A stretch of 43,931 bases of DNA, taken from positions 1 to 43,931 of the forward strand of contig CAVPXM010000083.1 in assembly GCA_963709405.1 (NCBI GenBank), written 5' to 3'. The position numbers and the translations under genes were made by a program. This document shows, piece after piece, positions 11,257 to 22,418 of the stretch. Position 1 is the stretch's first letter. The number at the start of each line of letters is the position of its first letter. The notes beneath the pieces are model-generated. The model had not been told where the DNA came from. It worked only from the letters and a program-made list of their open reading frames with translations, and made no database searches. The stretch comes from an uncultured Nitrososphaerales archaeon. Its GTDB lineage: Archaea > Thermoproteota > Nitrososphaeria > Nitrososphaerales > Nitrososphaeraceae.

Positions 11257-11442
11257 ATTAGCTATCTCTAATTCATAGTCATAATTTATACTTTCAAAAA
11301 AAGGGGGGACAACAATTCAAGTATTTTCTATTTCGATTGATCTAGTACTCTTCCAGAAAAAGAAGTAGAAGAAGGTAAAGAAAATTAAAAATATTAAATC
11401 TATCTGTTCAAAGAATAGAAGTAAAAGGAGTCAACAAAAGCC

Positions 11443-12162
11443 TTGTTTGAATCAATATTAAATAAATTTCAGTTAAGATTTAAGAACCGAGAATGGGCCG
11501 CAAATGTGTTAGCTGAATCTTTAAAGGATGTAATAAGAAAGGAAAAGATAAGCAGTAAAGAAATAGTTGTTTTAGGTATTCCAAGGGGTGGAGTAATAAC
11601 TGCAAATGTTATTGCTCAGAAGCTTAAAGCAAGTTTTGATATTCTAATTCCAAGGAAATTAGGAGCGCCCCACAACCAAGAACTAGGAATAGGTGCGGTT
11701 ATGGAAGACGGCACAACGTATCTGAACAAAGATATCATCATGGCACTGAAAATTTCATCAGAATACATAGATCAGGTTAAATCGGAGCAGATTGATGAGA
11801 TTAAACGTAGACGTTCACTTTATCGGAATAAGAATGATGACAATACTAGTTTGACTTATAATACTATCGATAATACTAAAACTGCAATCTTAACAGATGA
11901 CGGAGCTGCGACGGGTGCAACACTTATAGCTGCAGCAAGATGGCTAAAAAATAAAAATTATTCCCCAAAGCAAATAATAATTGCCACTCCAGTTGCACCA
12001 AAAGATATCGTTTCTTCGCTAAAGAAAGAATCAGATCATGTGGTGATCATCCTAACTCCTTCCAATTCCAGCTTCAGATCAGTTGGTCAATATTATCAGG
12101 AATTTAATCCAGTTACGGATGAACAAGTTATTGAAATTATGAAGGCTAGGAACATTTTATAA
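11443..12162 (+). CDS. Type I phosphoribosyltransferase family protein
   Basis: FKNR..A, LGIPRGG, RKLGAP..ELGIGAV, PRPP-binding loop ILTDDGAATGAT, VGQYY.EF..VTDEQV. Confidence 0.9.
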   Translation: MFESILNKFQLRFKNREWAANVLAESLKDVIRKEKISSKEIVVLGIPRGGVITANVIAQKLKASFDILIPRKLGAPHNQELGIGAVMEDGTTYLNKDIIMALKISSEYIDQVKSEQIDEIKRRRSLYRNKNDDNTSLTYNTIDNTKTAILTDDGAATGATLIAAARWLKNKNYSPKQIIIATPVAPKDIVSSLKKESDHVVIILTPSNSSFRSVGQYYQEFNPVTDEQVIEIMKARNIL

Positions 12163-12601
12163 TGTAAATTTGTGGACCAACATTATGCATTTTAATATTC
12201 TTATTTGTCCAATTATAGAATGGAAATCCATGAAGTTAAGATTCCAATGCGTACATCGCCAAATCAAGCATTCTATAGATAAGATTTAGTTAGAAATTTA
12301 ATGACTTTCCGAGTAAATAGTGAAGTAGAGGTTAACGTTATACCTATAAATATTATATCAGTTCTTACGGCTAACTTTCTTGAGACCTCCATATTTAGCG
12401 TAGTATGCTATCTCTGGTTTTTCTTTGATTGAGTTCTTATTATTACTTCCTAGACCAAAGAATGACGTAATAGTAGCAAATACACTGCTAATAGACACAG
12501 AAATCAATTGCAAATTAAGTTTGCTTTGTATACTATCTGCTTGACCAGGCCTATACTTAGCAAATGAAAAAGCCTAGGTTGGCATTTGAAGCTACAAAAT
12601 A

Positions 12602-13290
12602 TTGAGCAGTAAAGCAGAGACGACCATATTAGTTGGAATAATAATGATAATGATTATAGCTAGTCTAATTAATATAACGACAATACCATTTTTTCAAAAC
12701 GCAAGCGCTTTTTCTCTACAAGGAACTTTAGACAAATTATTTGGTGGATTATTTCACAAATTATCCCCAACACACGCACCACAGCAACAGCAACATACAC
12801 AACAAAATACAGCTAGTTCATCCATTCCTACATCTCCTCCACGAGCATCGTCAAGAATACCCACTGCGTGTCATATAATAAACGGAGGCCTGCCAGATCC
12901 TAAATGCACCCCTGGAGCTATAAATCCATCTGTAACTCAAGATAATATCAAGAATACAATTTGTGTTTCAGGTTATACTAAGACTGTAAGACCTCCTGTG
13001 AGTTATACCACACCTTTAAAAATAAAACTTATGAAATCCTATGGGCTTACCGATTCTCGTTCAAATTATGAGTTTGATCATCTGATATCCCTTGAAATAG
13101 GTGGAAATCCTGTTGATGTCAAAAATCTTTGGCCTGAACCAGGATATGGACAGAATAATTTTAATGTAAAGGATAGGTTTGAAAATTATCTTCATAAGGT
13201 AGTGTGCAATGGATATATGGCTTATCTGAAGCTCAAAAACAGATTGCAAATAACTGGATATCAAACTGGAAAAATGCTGGACAGCCTTAA
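12602..13290 (+). CDS. Secreted protein with HNH-like (His-Me) domain; frameshift near the C-terminus
   Basis: Signal peptide, LPDPKCTPGA, YEFDHLISLEIGG..D.KNLWPEP, KDRFENYLH..VC.G. The natural tail LSEAQKQIANNWISNWKNAGQP* lies in another frame ending at 13290. Confidence 0.65.
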
Positions 13291-13470
13291 AATAAGCTTT
13301 CTTAGTTTTTGAAGGTCTAGACGAATCGATAATTATACTATAGCCTATGATTATAGAAAGTTGGGATCACTAACCATTAAGTGAGATAGTGATAGCAATA
13401 TTGTAATATGGAAGGATTAGATATTGCTTCTACAAGTCTGTGAAAATATATTGGAGGTTGGCCACTTTTA

Positions 13471-13773
13471 ATGATGTCAATTGTTAGCACAATAAGTGGT
13501 AGCAAGCAGGCACTTATACTGATTTCACTTATTGTTGTGATTGCCATAGTGGATTCCCAATTCATTAACATTTTCTATGGAACTGATTTGGGAACTCCTG
13601 GCAATTTGCATTTGTTATTGTTTGTATCATTTGCTATCGTTGCCTCAGTAATTAATACTATATTGCTGCGATTTGTCAAAAGGAATGAGAATATTTATAC
13701 CATCACCAAAGGTAGTAATCTGAAGTATGGATTTATAATGATAAAGATGGTATATCCATCCAAATCAGAATAG
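13471..13773 (+). pseudogene. Truncated membrane protein (probable N-terminus of a multi-TM sensor)
   Basis: Two TM segments, then an abrupt end next to integrase debris. Confidence 0.4.
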
Positions 13774-13780
13774 GCCATAA

Positions 13781-13966
13781 TCATATTTGTTGTCTTCTTT
13801 CAACATCTTGTAACCTAGAAGTTAATGCGACGAGCTGTCCTGACAAATGTGCTATCGCATCATCTTTCATTTTATCAATGTCACTCATTGGTTGATTCAG
13901 TTGTTCTAATTCTTCTACCTTGCTTTGAATGTCAGCACAGTGCATTTCTAATTGACAAACATTTAG
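13781..13966 (-). mobile_element. Tyrosine integrase C-terminal fragment (family A)
   Basis: Reads LNVCQLEMHCADIQSKVEELEQLNQPMSDIDKMKDDAIAHLSGQLVALTSRLQDVERRQQI*; directly homologous in DNA to 28177-28350. Confidence 0.7.
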
Positions 13967-14000
13967 AAATTAGTTTCTGCTCATTTGGTCTTTAACGCCT

Positions 14001-14380
14001 CTAACTTCTATTAGGATCTAGTTTGTATTCTCCTTTCATAATCAGATGCTTTGCTATTTTGTTCTTAGCAGACTGTTCTACATTTCCAATAACACTTAGA
14101 ATATTTTGGAGTGTAACATTCATTTCATCATATTTCTGTTTCATAGATTGAATCTCTTTATCTTTTTCTGATAATTCTATCTCTACTGACTTCATATTGG
14201 AGATGTCAGTCTGCAATTTCTTTACTTCTACTTTCATACATTCTTCATCTGATATACTCAAGTCTGATACCGCTTTTAGGAAATCCTCAAATAATATCTT
14301 CGGTCTATCAGTTTAATTGTAATTTTCTTCCAATGAAGATTTCCGCCATTATTTTATTTCCGAGAAAGTAGATTGCTAAT
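14001..14380 (-). mobile_element. Degraded integrase C-terminal fragment (different family)
   Basis: FEDFLKAVSDLSISDEECMKVEVKKLQ followed by a coiled coil resembles the tail of thaumarchaeal tyrosine recombinases; the upstream part is broken. Confidence 0.5.
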
Positions 14381-14681
14381 CTTCCATCCTTAGTTCTAAT
14401 ATTGCTTAATGTGTATTGGAAAATGTTATTTAGATAGATATTTTTCATATTCTGCCAAAATATTAGGAATTCTAACCGTTGTTATTACTGATTTGTGACT
14501 TTAAAGTCTACGTTGTTGATTTGTAATGATGGAAATATAGAAAGTTATATAAGATGAGGTCGAAAATTGAAAGATACGAGATAATGTTACTTACACAAAC
14601 TAAAAACCATTCTTCTTATCCAATTTTAGGTAATGAGATTGGTTCATTTTATCATTTATATAATGATAATGGTGATCGCCA

Positions 14682-14941
14682 TCCCTGTCTTTCTAATTGA
14701 TGGACATTTAGGAACGTTAGATAAGGTTCAATTTTACGAAATATCTCTGCTTTCTCTGAATCCTTTTTGCGATATCATCTACACGTTGGGAGTATTTAGC
14801 CTCAACAAACCTCTTGAAAATATCAAGTCGTGTATGATATTCCTTTGCTGTTAATTTATTCATGATGCTGACGTTTGCAATGTATTCTGAGATTATCTTA
14901 CTTGAATTGTTGACTTGGTTGGCTTTATCTATTATTTCCAA
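14682..14941 (-). mobile_element. Internally deleted integrase: N-terminus joined to C-terminal segment (family A)
   Basis: IISEYIANVSIMNKLTAKEYHTRLDIFKRFV... runs directly, out of frame, into RKKDSEKAEIFRKIEPYLTFLNVHQLERQG (14771-14682), which matches 28320-28410. Confidence 0.7.
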
Positions 14942-15563
14942 TCTTTGTATGTTATTATAGAATTCAACTTATATACATTTTATATTTATAGTTTCATATT
15001 CACTAGCAATAGATGTATTTAGAAATAGAGTGCTTGTAACATGGTGGGAAAGAAATGCGACAAGTGATATGCTCATAATGATGGCCAGTACTGATAATGG
15101 TGATGTCACAGGTGATGAAGAAAATCATTGGCCATCTGATGCATCTAACATATCTGATGCATGGTAGTATCTCAAGTGTATCCAAGATCGTTAAATAGGA
15201 ATTCCGTATGAACGAGGATAGTTTACTGATTACTTCCTGGGATAAGCCTTGTGTGCCACCTCAGAATTCAGTGGAATTGTTGAGTCTGTAGCCAATAAGA
15301 AATTATGATCGAACCCAGCAACAGTTTGCAGGACCATATTCAGTAAGCTCAAACTAGAAGAAAGATCAGATTCCGATAAGACCACTTATAGAAGGAAGGT
15401 TAGAATAAAATGTAACGGTGTTAAAGTTACGCAAAATCAGAAGAAGGAATGATTAGGCGTTTATCATAAAAAGAACATAATATAGATGTTTTTCGTTTAT
15501 CCCTTCTTGTAGTTGAATAAAACTGTAAACTCGTATTAGGATAGTCGACGTATTACCCTCATC

Positions 15564-16180
15564 TTATTTTAAATATTTAATCCTCTTTTTCTGTTCTGCT
15601 ATAGTCAATACTTTAGTAAGCAATACACCAGCAATGAAACCACCAATGTGTGCTGTAAATGCTATCTGAACTGCAGTAAATGATCCTATTATAGCAAATA
15701 CAATTTGAAGTAACAGCCAATAATAAGCCTTAGTGTTTCCAGCAGCCAGTCTGCTATTCCTAATATTCCTGAGATTGCTCCTGAAGCACCTATTAATACA
15801 TTATGGCTATTTCCTAAAATGAAAGTAGATATTGCACCATAAAATAAAGCCCCAGCAATTCCTGCGACTATATAGATAAAGACGTATCTGAGAATTCCAA
15901 CTGATCTTTCTGCGAATCCACCAAGATATATCAATGCTAATATGTTAAATGTAAGATGCGCAATATTCGCATGTATGAACATTGAAGAGAATAATCGTGT
16001 TAGGATATCCGTATACGATATCGATGTGGATGATGATGAAACTGATAATAGACGGTCAGGAATGAAGCCATAACGGCGTATAATCTGCTCTTGTGAATGT
16101 GACATCAACCCAAAAACAAGGATTATGACATTTAAGATCACGAGTGTTATTGTAGCTACAGGTAAGCTTGATATGTTTAT
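15564..16180 (-). pseudogene. Rhomboid intramembrane serine protease, frameshifted
   Basis: MFIHANIAHLTFN and GASGAISG. The tail with AHIGGFIAG is in another frame ending at 15564. Start uncertain. Confidence 0.85.
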
Positions 16181-16785
16181 GATGATAAAATGGTTTTATA
16201 GATATAAATGGATATGCACATTTTCTATTTCTTAATAATTTCTATAAAGAAATAAGAACTGCTATTTGCGAAACTGATAATACTAAGGTAAGTATACAGC
16301 GAGGTCAGCAATAATATAATGGTTAGATTCACATGGATATTAATGAGATTAAACTTTCTGTACCTCATGTACTTCAGTCATTGGCGCGCAGAAAAAGCCT
16401 CATTCTACAGATAAGGACAATTTAGGAGACTCAGTAGTATCATAGTTGTAGCTAATGATAAATCTTTGTCCTGGGGATCCCTTACAAATTTTTAAACCAA
16501 CTCTAATTTGATAATGATGGATATAGTAAGAAGTGCAAAATGTGTGAGGATATAATCGAAAATATCTATTTTCTATTACTACTTATTCTTACTGCATGAC
16601 AATTAGGACATAATGCCTGAGAATTTAATTCGTTATTTTTTGATCTATCTCCATTCTCAAATTGCGTGATCCATGAATAAGGTTACCTTTTGATACTAAC
16701 ATTCATTCAACAGATCTGTCTTACCGATCTTGTTAAATAAATCTGGCCTCCTAAGAAATTATATACAATATAATATAATACCATA

Positions 16786-17585
16786 ATGTCGTTCAAAGTA
16801 TAATATACGACTCAGATTACATCTAATATTCATTCAGTTGACGGCTTAGAGATTCTTTTTTCTGGTCATCGAATCGTTCCTTATCTGCTGCGAGAAGAAG
16901 GTGGCGGGTCAAAGATCTAACTCTGATAGATACCTGCTATATCAGAGCTTCCCAAGCTTGAGTCATATATTGACAATGCTGGCTACAAAATGAGTGATAT
17001 GAAGAGGATACTTCTTACCCATGTTCATTCAGACCATGCACAGGCTGCAAATGAAATTAAGAAGCGTACTTATTCTATTACTACTACTTCTGCTTCCGCG
17101 TATGATGCTGCAGGAGGAGCAAAGGTATACGCTCATTGGATAGCTTATTTCGCACATACTCCACCATATCATGGTCCACCAGATATTAGGATATACAAGG
17201 AATTATTTCAGAAATATGACTTAAAGACAGAAGACGTAATTAAGAAGTTTGGTAAGTAGATGTAGATCCGATTATTGTAGATAAGAAGCTAAATGATGGA
17301 GACATGATAAAGGGTCTCAAAATAATACACACACCTGGACATACTCCGGGACATATTTCGCTCTACTTAGAAGATCAAAGAATACTTTTTCGTGCTGACT
17401 TGTTATGGAATATTGAATCAAGTGGTGGTTTGGTTATCACTCCCCCTTATTTTACATTAGATCGAGTAGCTGCAGCAGTATCTGTAAGAAGAGTTTCTAA
17501 GATAAACTTTGACAAATTGCTCGTGGCACATCAAGATTCTCCCATATTAGAAAATGCACAAAAAGCAGTCCAAGATGCTGCCTAA
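16786..17585 (+). pseudogene. Metallo-beta-lactamase-fold hydrolase, multiply frameshifted
   Basis: LTLIDT, LTHVHSDH, HTPGHTPGH, LFRAD and LLVAH motifs spread over several frames. Confidence 0.85.
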
Positions 17586-17717
17586 AAATATGCTTGATAA
17601 ATGTTAATAGTAATAATGTTAATAAGAGGTAAGCACCCATGACTTTTGGTATATCTATCATGCAGGCGCGCTAGGTGACTTGTGCTACAGATAAGAATAA
17701 AGTGTCATTTTATTTCA

Positions 17718-18609
17718 TTATTTATATGGCATTGTAGGTGCTATCTTGTTCAAAGCAGATATTACTTCATTTAGGCCTTTACCCGAACTTGTCAATACCA
17801 GGAGTACTTGATGTTTGTCTCCTCCAGCTGTTGAACCTCCACCACGTAGACTTGTGAATGAATATTGGTTGTCAATTCCAAAACCTTGACTCTTTAATCC
17901 CGAAATAGCTTTGCCAAGTTGATTTGCTGGGACCATAAGTGTGGTGATGGTGTCTGCCTTCTTGGTTGTTACTGCAGCTGGCGACGTTGATGATGATGCG
18001 TTAGTCGTAGTATTAAAAGAAGTGCTCAGTGGCTGTTTGACTACTCTTATCGTGCCATTCATTTTATAGCTTGGAACACCCTTATCAAAACTTGGGCCGG
18101 AGTAACTAAAAGTACCAGGTACCTATTAAATTTAATTGGCCTTGAAGCATTAAAGTTTTTGAAAATACCACTTTCATACGTAATGGTCTTTGAATATTAT
18201 TATTGTTATTGTTATCATTACTAATGTTGCTGTTAGTATTGTTTGGTGTTAAACTTATTGTGTGAGGATGGTCAGCATCTGCATTAAACCATGTTACCGC
18301 AGTACCGACATTTACTACAGCATTCTGAGGAATATATGGTTGGTTAATTATTCTTAATTCTTTTGGAGATTGATTAGGCTGTTCATGTCCTTCATCGGGG
18401 ATCATTATTACAAGATTCTTTATATCCTTGCCAAGAACTATAGTATGAGTTTGATAAATATCAGATGCTTTTATACTTGGTTTTTGTTGTTCACTATTAG
18501 TACTTTTAGTTATTGCAAAGACATTACTAGATGGGGCTGACAAAACTGCCACGGTAAATACTATAACAGTACATAAAACAAAGAGAACGATTGTTGTACA
18601 AGACCGCAT
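17718..18609 (-). pseudogene. Secreted cupredoxin-like protein, frameshifted
   Basis: Signal peptide; YIPQNAVVNVGTAVTWFNADADHPHTI; after two shifts PGTFSYSG...KMNGTIRVV. Confidence 0.7.
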
Positions 18610-19665
18610 ATTATCTTTGATCTCCTAGTGAAAATATCATCAAATCAACAATGTGTGAATTTACCATATTATATTGATCACCAGTAGGCTACAAATACTT
18701 GATAATTTCAAATATCATTATCGAAGACTCATTTTTAATCAGTGGTCCATTGATGTCTTTATTCGTGATCACTCCTTTCATTTCTCCTTTACTATCAATT
18801 ACAGAAAGTCTACCTATATAACAGTTCTATTACGCTTGTAAGAAATGAGCGGAATGTCAGAAATATTGCTCAATATAAGAATGCCACGGAAAGAGGCAAA
18901 ATAGGAATGGGTTAGATAGATAAGCCACTTGATACATCTTCCTCTGACATGTATAAACTAGTCAAGACAGCTCAGATGACACAAATAGTAATTCACGACA
19001 TGAATGCTAACGATACAGGAGTTAATCAATGGATATAAGGACAATCTTCCTTATTCGGAAAGAATTTGGTTTTACAATGCAGGATGTCAAGTTTGGAGGA
19101 AGATGTGAGATCATGGTAGTGTATACAATAAATTTGAAAGCGTATATGATAAAATAAAATGGCTGCCTAGCTGCCATTGCAGTACCAAAAGATCCACTCT
19201 ATTCATAAAAACAGTTGCAATTGTGAGTTGTGCTCCAAAATTTTGTCAGACAAAAATTTATGCGCATGTCTGTCTATCGTGAGGGAGGCCAAATAATGTG
19301 TTCTATGGATAAGAATTGTCTAGTAATACGAGGACACAGTCGAGGGTCTAGATACTTCTATCGAGTCTAGCTGGGTTAATCCTTGTCATCTAGGGTTTCA
19401 CCAGTAGATTTAAAGTAATTATGACCGGGCAAGTTTGAGCGAATTACTTCGGACATCGAGATAATAGTTTCGACCTTTACTGCTAAATTGTCTGTCTAGT
19501 TATTATGTGCCATATGTCAAGTAAAGTCCTGATCACATGTAGCTCAAAAAGTCGAACATCATATTTGTAAGCAACGTTGGAAAGTAAGAAGCCTATTGTG
19601 TTTTCAGGCATAACTGTTCTAGACATAATAGGTCGTTTGTATATCTTATGATGCATGGCAAACTG

Positions 19666-20743
19666 TTACCAAGGAACGGTGACTGTGTCAAACGGAGATT
19701 TATTCGGTGGCGTACCATCGAATGTTACAAGGAAATAGTCACTAGTCAGCGTCTTCTTTTTGTTATCTACTGTGATTCGAAGAAACCCTGGTTCCTGGTC
19801 GTTGTGAGACATCAATTTCAGATCCGCACGAGCCGTCTGATGCCGAGGAGCTAATTGTTGTCCATTCGATAAGGCCCGAGAGTACAATAGTAGGTATACG
19901 TCCAGTAGCTTGTATCACACGATCAATGGCAATTTCTATGTCTGAATAACCACCGTGAACGGTATCAAGAGAGTAAGGAGGATGATGAACTGCGACAATT
20001 AATGCTTTATCAGGTGGAGCATTCTGAACCTGTTGTTGGAACCATTGTAGTTGTTCGCTGGTGCCTCTAGCGTCAAGTGTGCCGTCAACGTTTGAATATA
20101 ACCCGACAATAGTTGCAAATGGTGTGTTAAATGTCCAATATACGTAAGGTTGTGTCATAGTCGAACGATAAGGACTATCATGATGACTTGTTGTATCGCA
20201 AAAGTTCGTCATGAAACCAAAAAGCGAAGGCTCGGGGTCGGGCGGATCTCCACGACGAGTATGCGTATCACCATCATGATTGCCTGCTATCGCAAAGATT
20301 GAGGCGTGATAATATTGGTATGGTTCGTAAAACTGACTATTGTATAGATAGCTCAGCCCGTTATAATATACAACGTCTCCGAGGTTATAATAGAACGCAG
20401 GGGCAGGTTTCCAGTCTTTTGCCTCAGAAATTTGTTGGTCCATCATATCGGCAATTGCTTTTTCGACATTGTCGCTGTGAATGCCTCCAGTATCGCCTAC
20501 GGCATGAAAGACTAGCGAATTAACGTCTACCGCAGCCTTTGATTCCTCGGGCAGTATCACATCCATATCAAGACTCAAATCGTCGAGGTTTGTTGGTGGT
20601 AGTGGGATAAACTGAGGGTATGGCTTAGGATGTGATACTGGATCCCCGAGTATACGCTTGATCTTCCCGGGTTTCTGGTGTTCCACTCTGTGGCCAAAAT
20701 GTTGGAGAATTGGTTTTGTCCTTAGAAAATGAGAGTAGCTCAT
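19666..20743 (-). pseudogene. Calcineurin-like metallophosphoesterase (purple acid phosphatase-like) with internal lesion
   Basis: GDTG, GDVVY, GNHD and HHPPYS present. The final GHxH is cut after LSG, and the C-terminal GFLRITV segment is in another frame. Confidence 0.8.
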
Positions 20744-20919
20744 GTTACATTGGAATGATGCTATCCATATAAATTAGTGTTAAAATTTGATATAATCTTT
20801 CATAAGCTCGCTATTACAAATTTATTTTATTGTATTATTAAAGGACAATATTTGCTCATCGTTCGGTATACATAGATAATGATTAGATGAAACTTCACAT
20901 TTCTATCATGAGGAGCGCG

Positions 20920-21010
20920 TCAACAGTAATACAATCTGGTGGATCGAAAAACTACTGCAAACTCCAATGGAGGATCACAGAAAATTTGCAGTATGACGAA
21001 TATTAAGTAA
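20920..21010 (+). pseudogene. Fragment of PriX-like (primase X domain) protein
   Basis: NTIWWIEKLLQTPMEDHRKFAV*RILS resembles the WIE.LLQTPI.D.RK...WRIL motif; in-frame TGA, truncated at both ends. Confidence 0.6.
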
Positions 21011-21271
21011 ATATGGTAATATTCATAACTTTTATCTAACCCAAGAATTCCTTTCCGAGTAACATGATTTCTCATGAATATTTTTGCTGTTTCTAAATCA
21101 CTCAGTTACCATACTGCCAGTCATAAACGTACATTCATTCTAAGAAATTTATACATAGTTAAATGCAGGACATGTGCTGCCTGACACATGACATGGACAA
21201 GGACATTCCATTTTCTCTTCATGATCATTTTCCATTATTCACAACTCACCTATTATCACTAGATTAAGATG

Positions 21272-21288
21272 GGTAACTATATAAGTTG
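21272..21288. promoter_or_regulatory. Candidate operator/TATA for the HxlR gene (AACT-ATATA-AGTT dyad)
   Basis: ggtAACTatataAGTTgg lies about 40 bp upstream of the regulator start. Confidence 0.35.
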
Positions 21289-21327
21289 GTAGGTCTCGAT
21301 CTAGTTATTAGGTGAAAAATTGGTAAG

Positions 21328-21750
21328 TTGCTGGAAGAAAAAGAAATTGCCTCCATTCAAAAGAATATAACCAAATGCCCAATCAATAATACATTCAAAA
21401 TAATTGGCAAGAAATTCACCATATTGATATTACGCAATATGATTTACCTGAACCAGACAAGATTCAATCAACTACTTGATTCTATTGAGGAAATAAATGC
21501 AAAGACGCTTTCTGTAAGACTTAAGGAGATGCAAAAAGATGCATTAGTGGAAAGAAAGATTTATCCTGGACCACCAGTAAAAGTGGAATATCATGTTACT
21601 GGAAAGGGAAGGGCATTAATACCAATACTCTATCAGATGGCCAAATTTTCAATCCAATATTGTCCTAAAGACGTCTTTAAAGATAAGAAACCTAGGACTG
21701 TTGAAGAGTTATTCGGATATGACCCTGATACTAATATCATACAAAAATGA
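21328..21750 (+). CDS. HxlR-family winged-helix transcriptional regulator
   Basis: CPI..TFKIIGKKFTILILR, RFNQL, KTLSVRLKEM, PVKVEYHVTGKG. Confidence 0.92.
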   Translation: MLEEKEIASIQKNITKCPINNTFKIIGKKFTILILRNMIYLNQTRFNQLLDSIEEINAKTLSVRLKEMQKDALVERKIYPGPPVKVEYHVTGKGRALIPILYQMAKFSIQYCPKDVFKDKKPRTVEELFGYDPDTNIIQK

Positions 21751-22049
21751 TATAGCATATTCAAAAAGTATTGTTTCTATTTATAGATAATAATCACTGT
21801 AAATTGAAACAACACCTTGTTTTAAAATATCTTTAGATTTTCCAGTATGTATAATATATGTACAATAGTATCACCACATATAATTTCAAGTTTCATTATA
21901 CAATTCTCTAAAAATTAAAATATTCTTTAATATTGACTCATACTCTAAATTAACCAAAATCGTTACATAATTTCTTTATTTCCTTAACACGTTTTGTGGC
22001 TGTTAGATTTAGCTTCGATAGGCTGAGTATTTAGTGAAATGAAACGAGA

Positions 22050-22193
22050 TTAATAACATGAAGAACAGATATTATAATAGAATGGTTTTCTACACATTCT
22101 CTCTTTGCAGTCATACAATACTCCACATCTTGTGCATTGATGATAGCAATGCTGCTGATTCTCTTTTGTAAGATAAGCATATGTTGTAGTCAA
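22050..22193 (-). CDS. 47-aa Cys/His-rich putative zinc-binding microprotein (not in ORF track)
   Basis: TTG start; MTTTYAYLTKENQQHCYHQCTRCGVLYDCKERMCRKPFYYNICSSCY* has 7 Cys and two CxxC. Confidence 0.6.
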   Translation of the reverse strand: MTTTYAYLTKENQQHCYHQCTRCGVLYDCKERMCRKPFYYNICSSCY

Positions 22194-22418
22194 TATTTGG
22201 TAGTATGACCGTCACCATTATTCTTATAGAAATTTATTTTACAAAGTCAAATAATTTAGTGTAGATTGTTTAAAGGTACTCCTACTAAATATATGATACA
22301 GTAACGGAAAAAGTAACTGGATAGATATTGTAAAAGAATACGTGTGTATTAAAATATAGATTGCCGAGTAAGGTCGCGAAAATTCATAGTGTTGTAGCAG
22401 GTCAAGTTTCAGAGGATA

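Noticed and set aside
18840-19620. Possible gene remnants and short hairpins
   Set aside because: No continuous frame or recognisable family; the stems are short enough to occur by chance.
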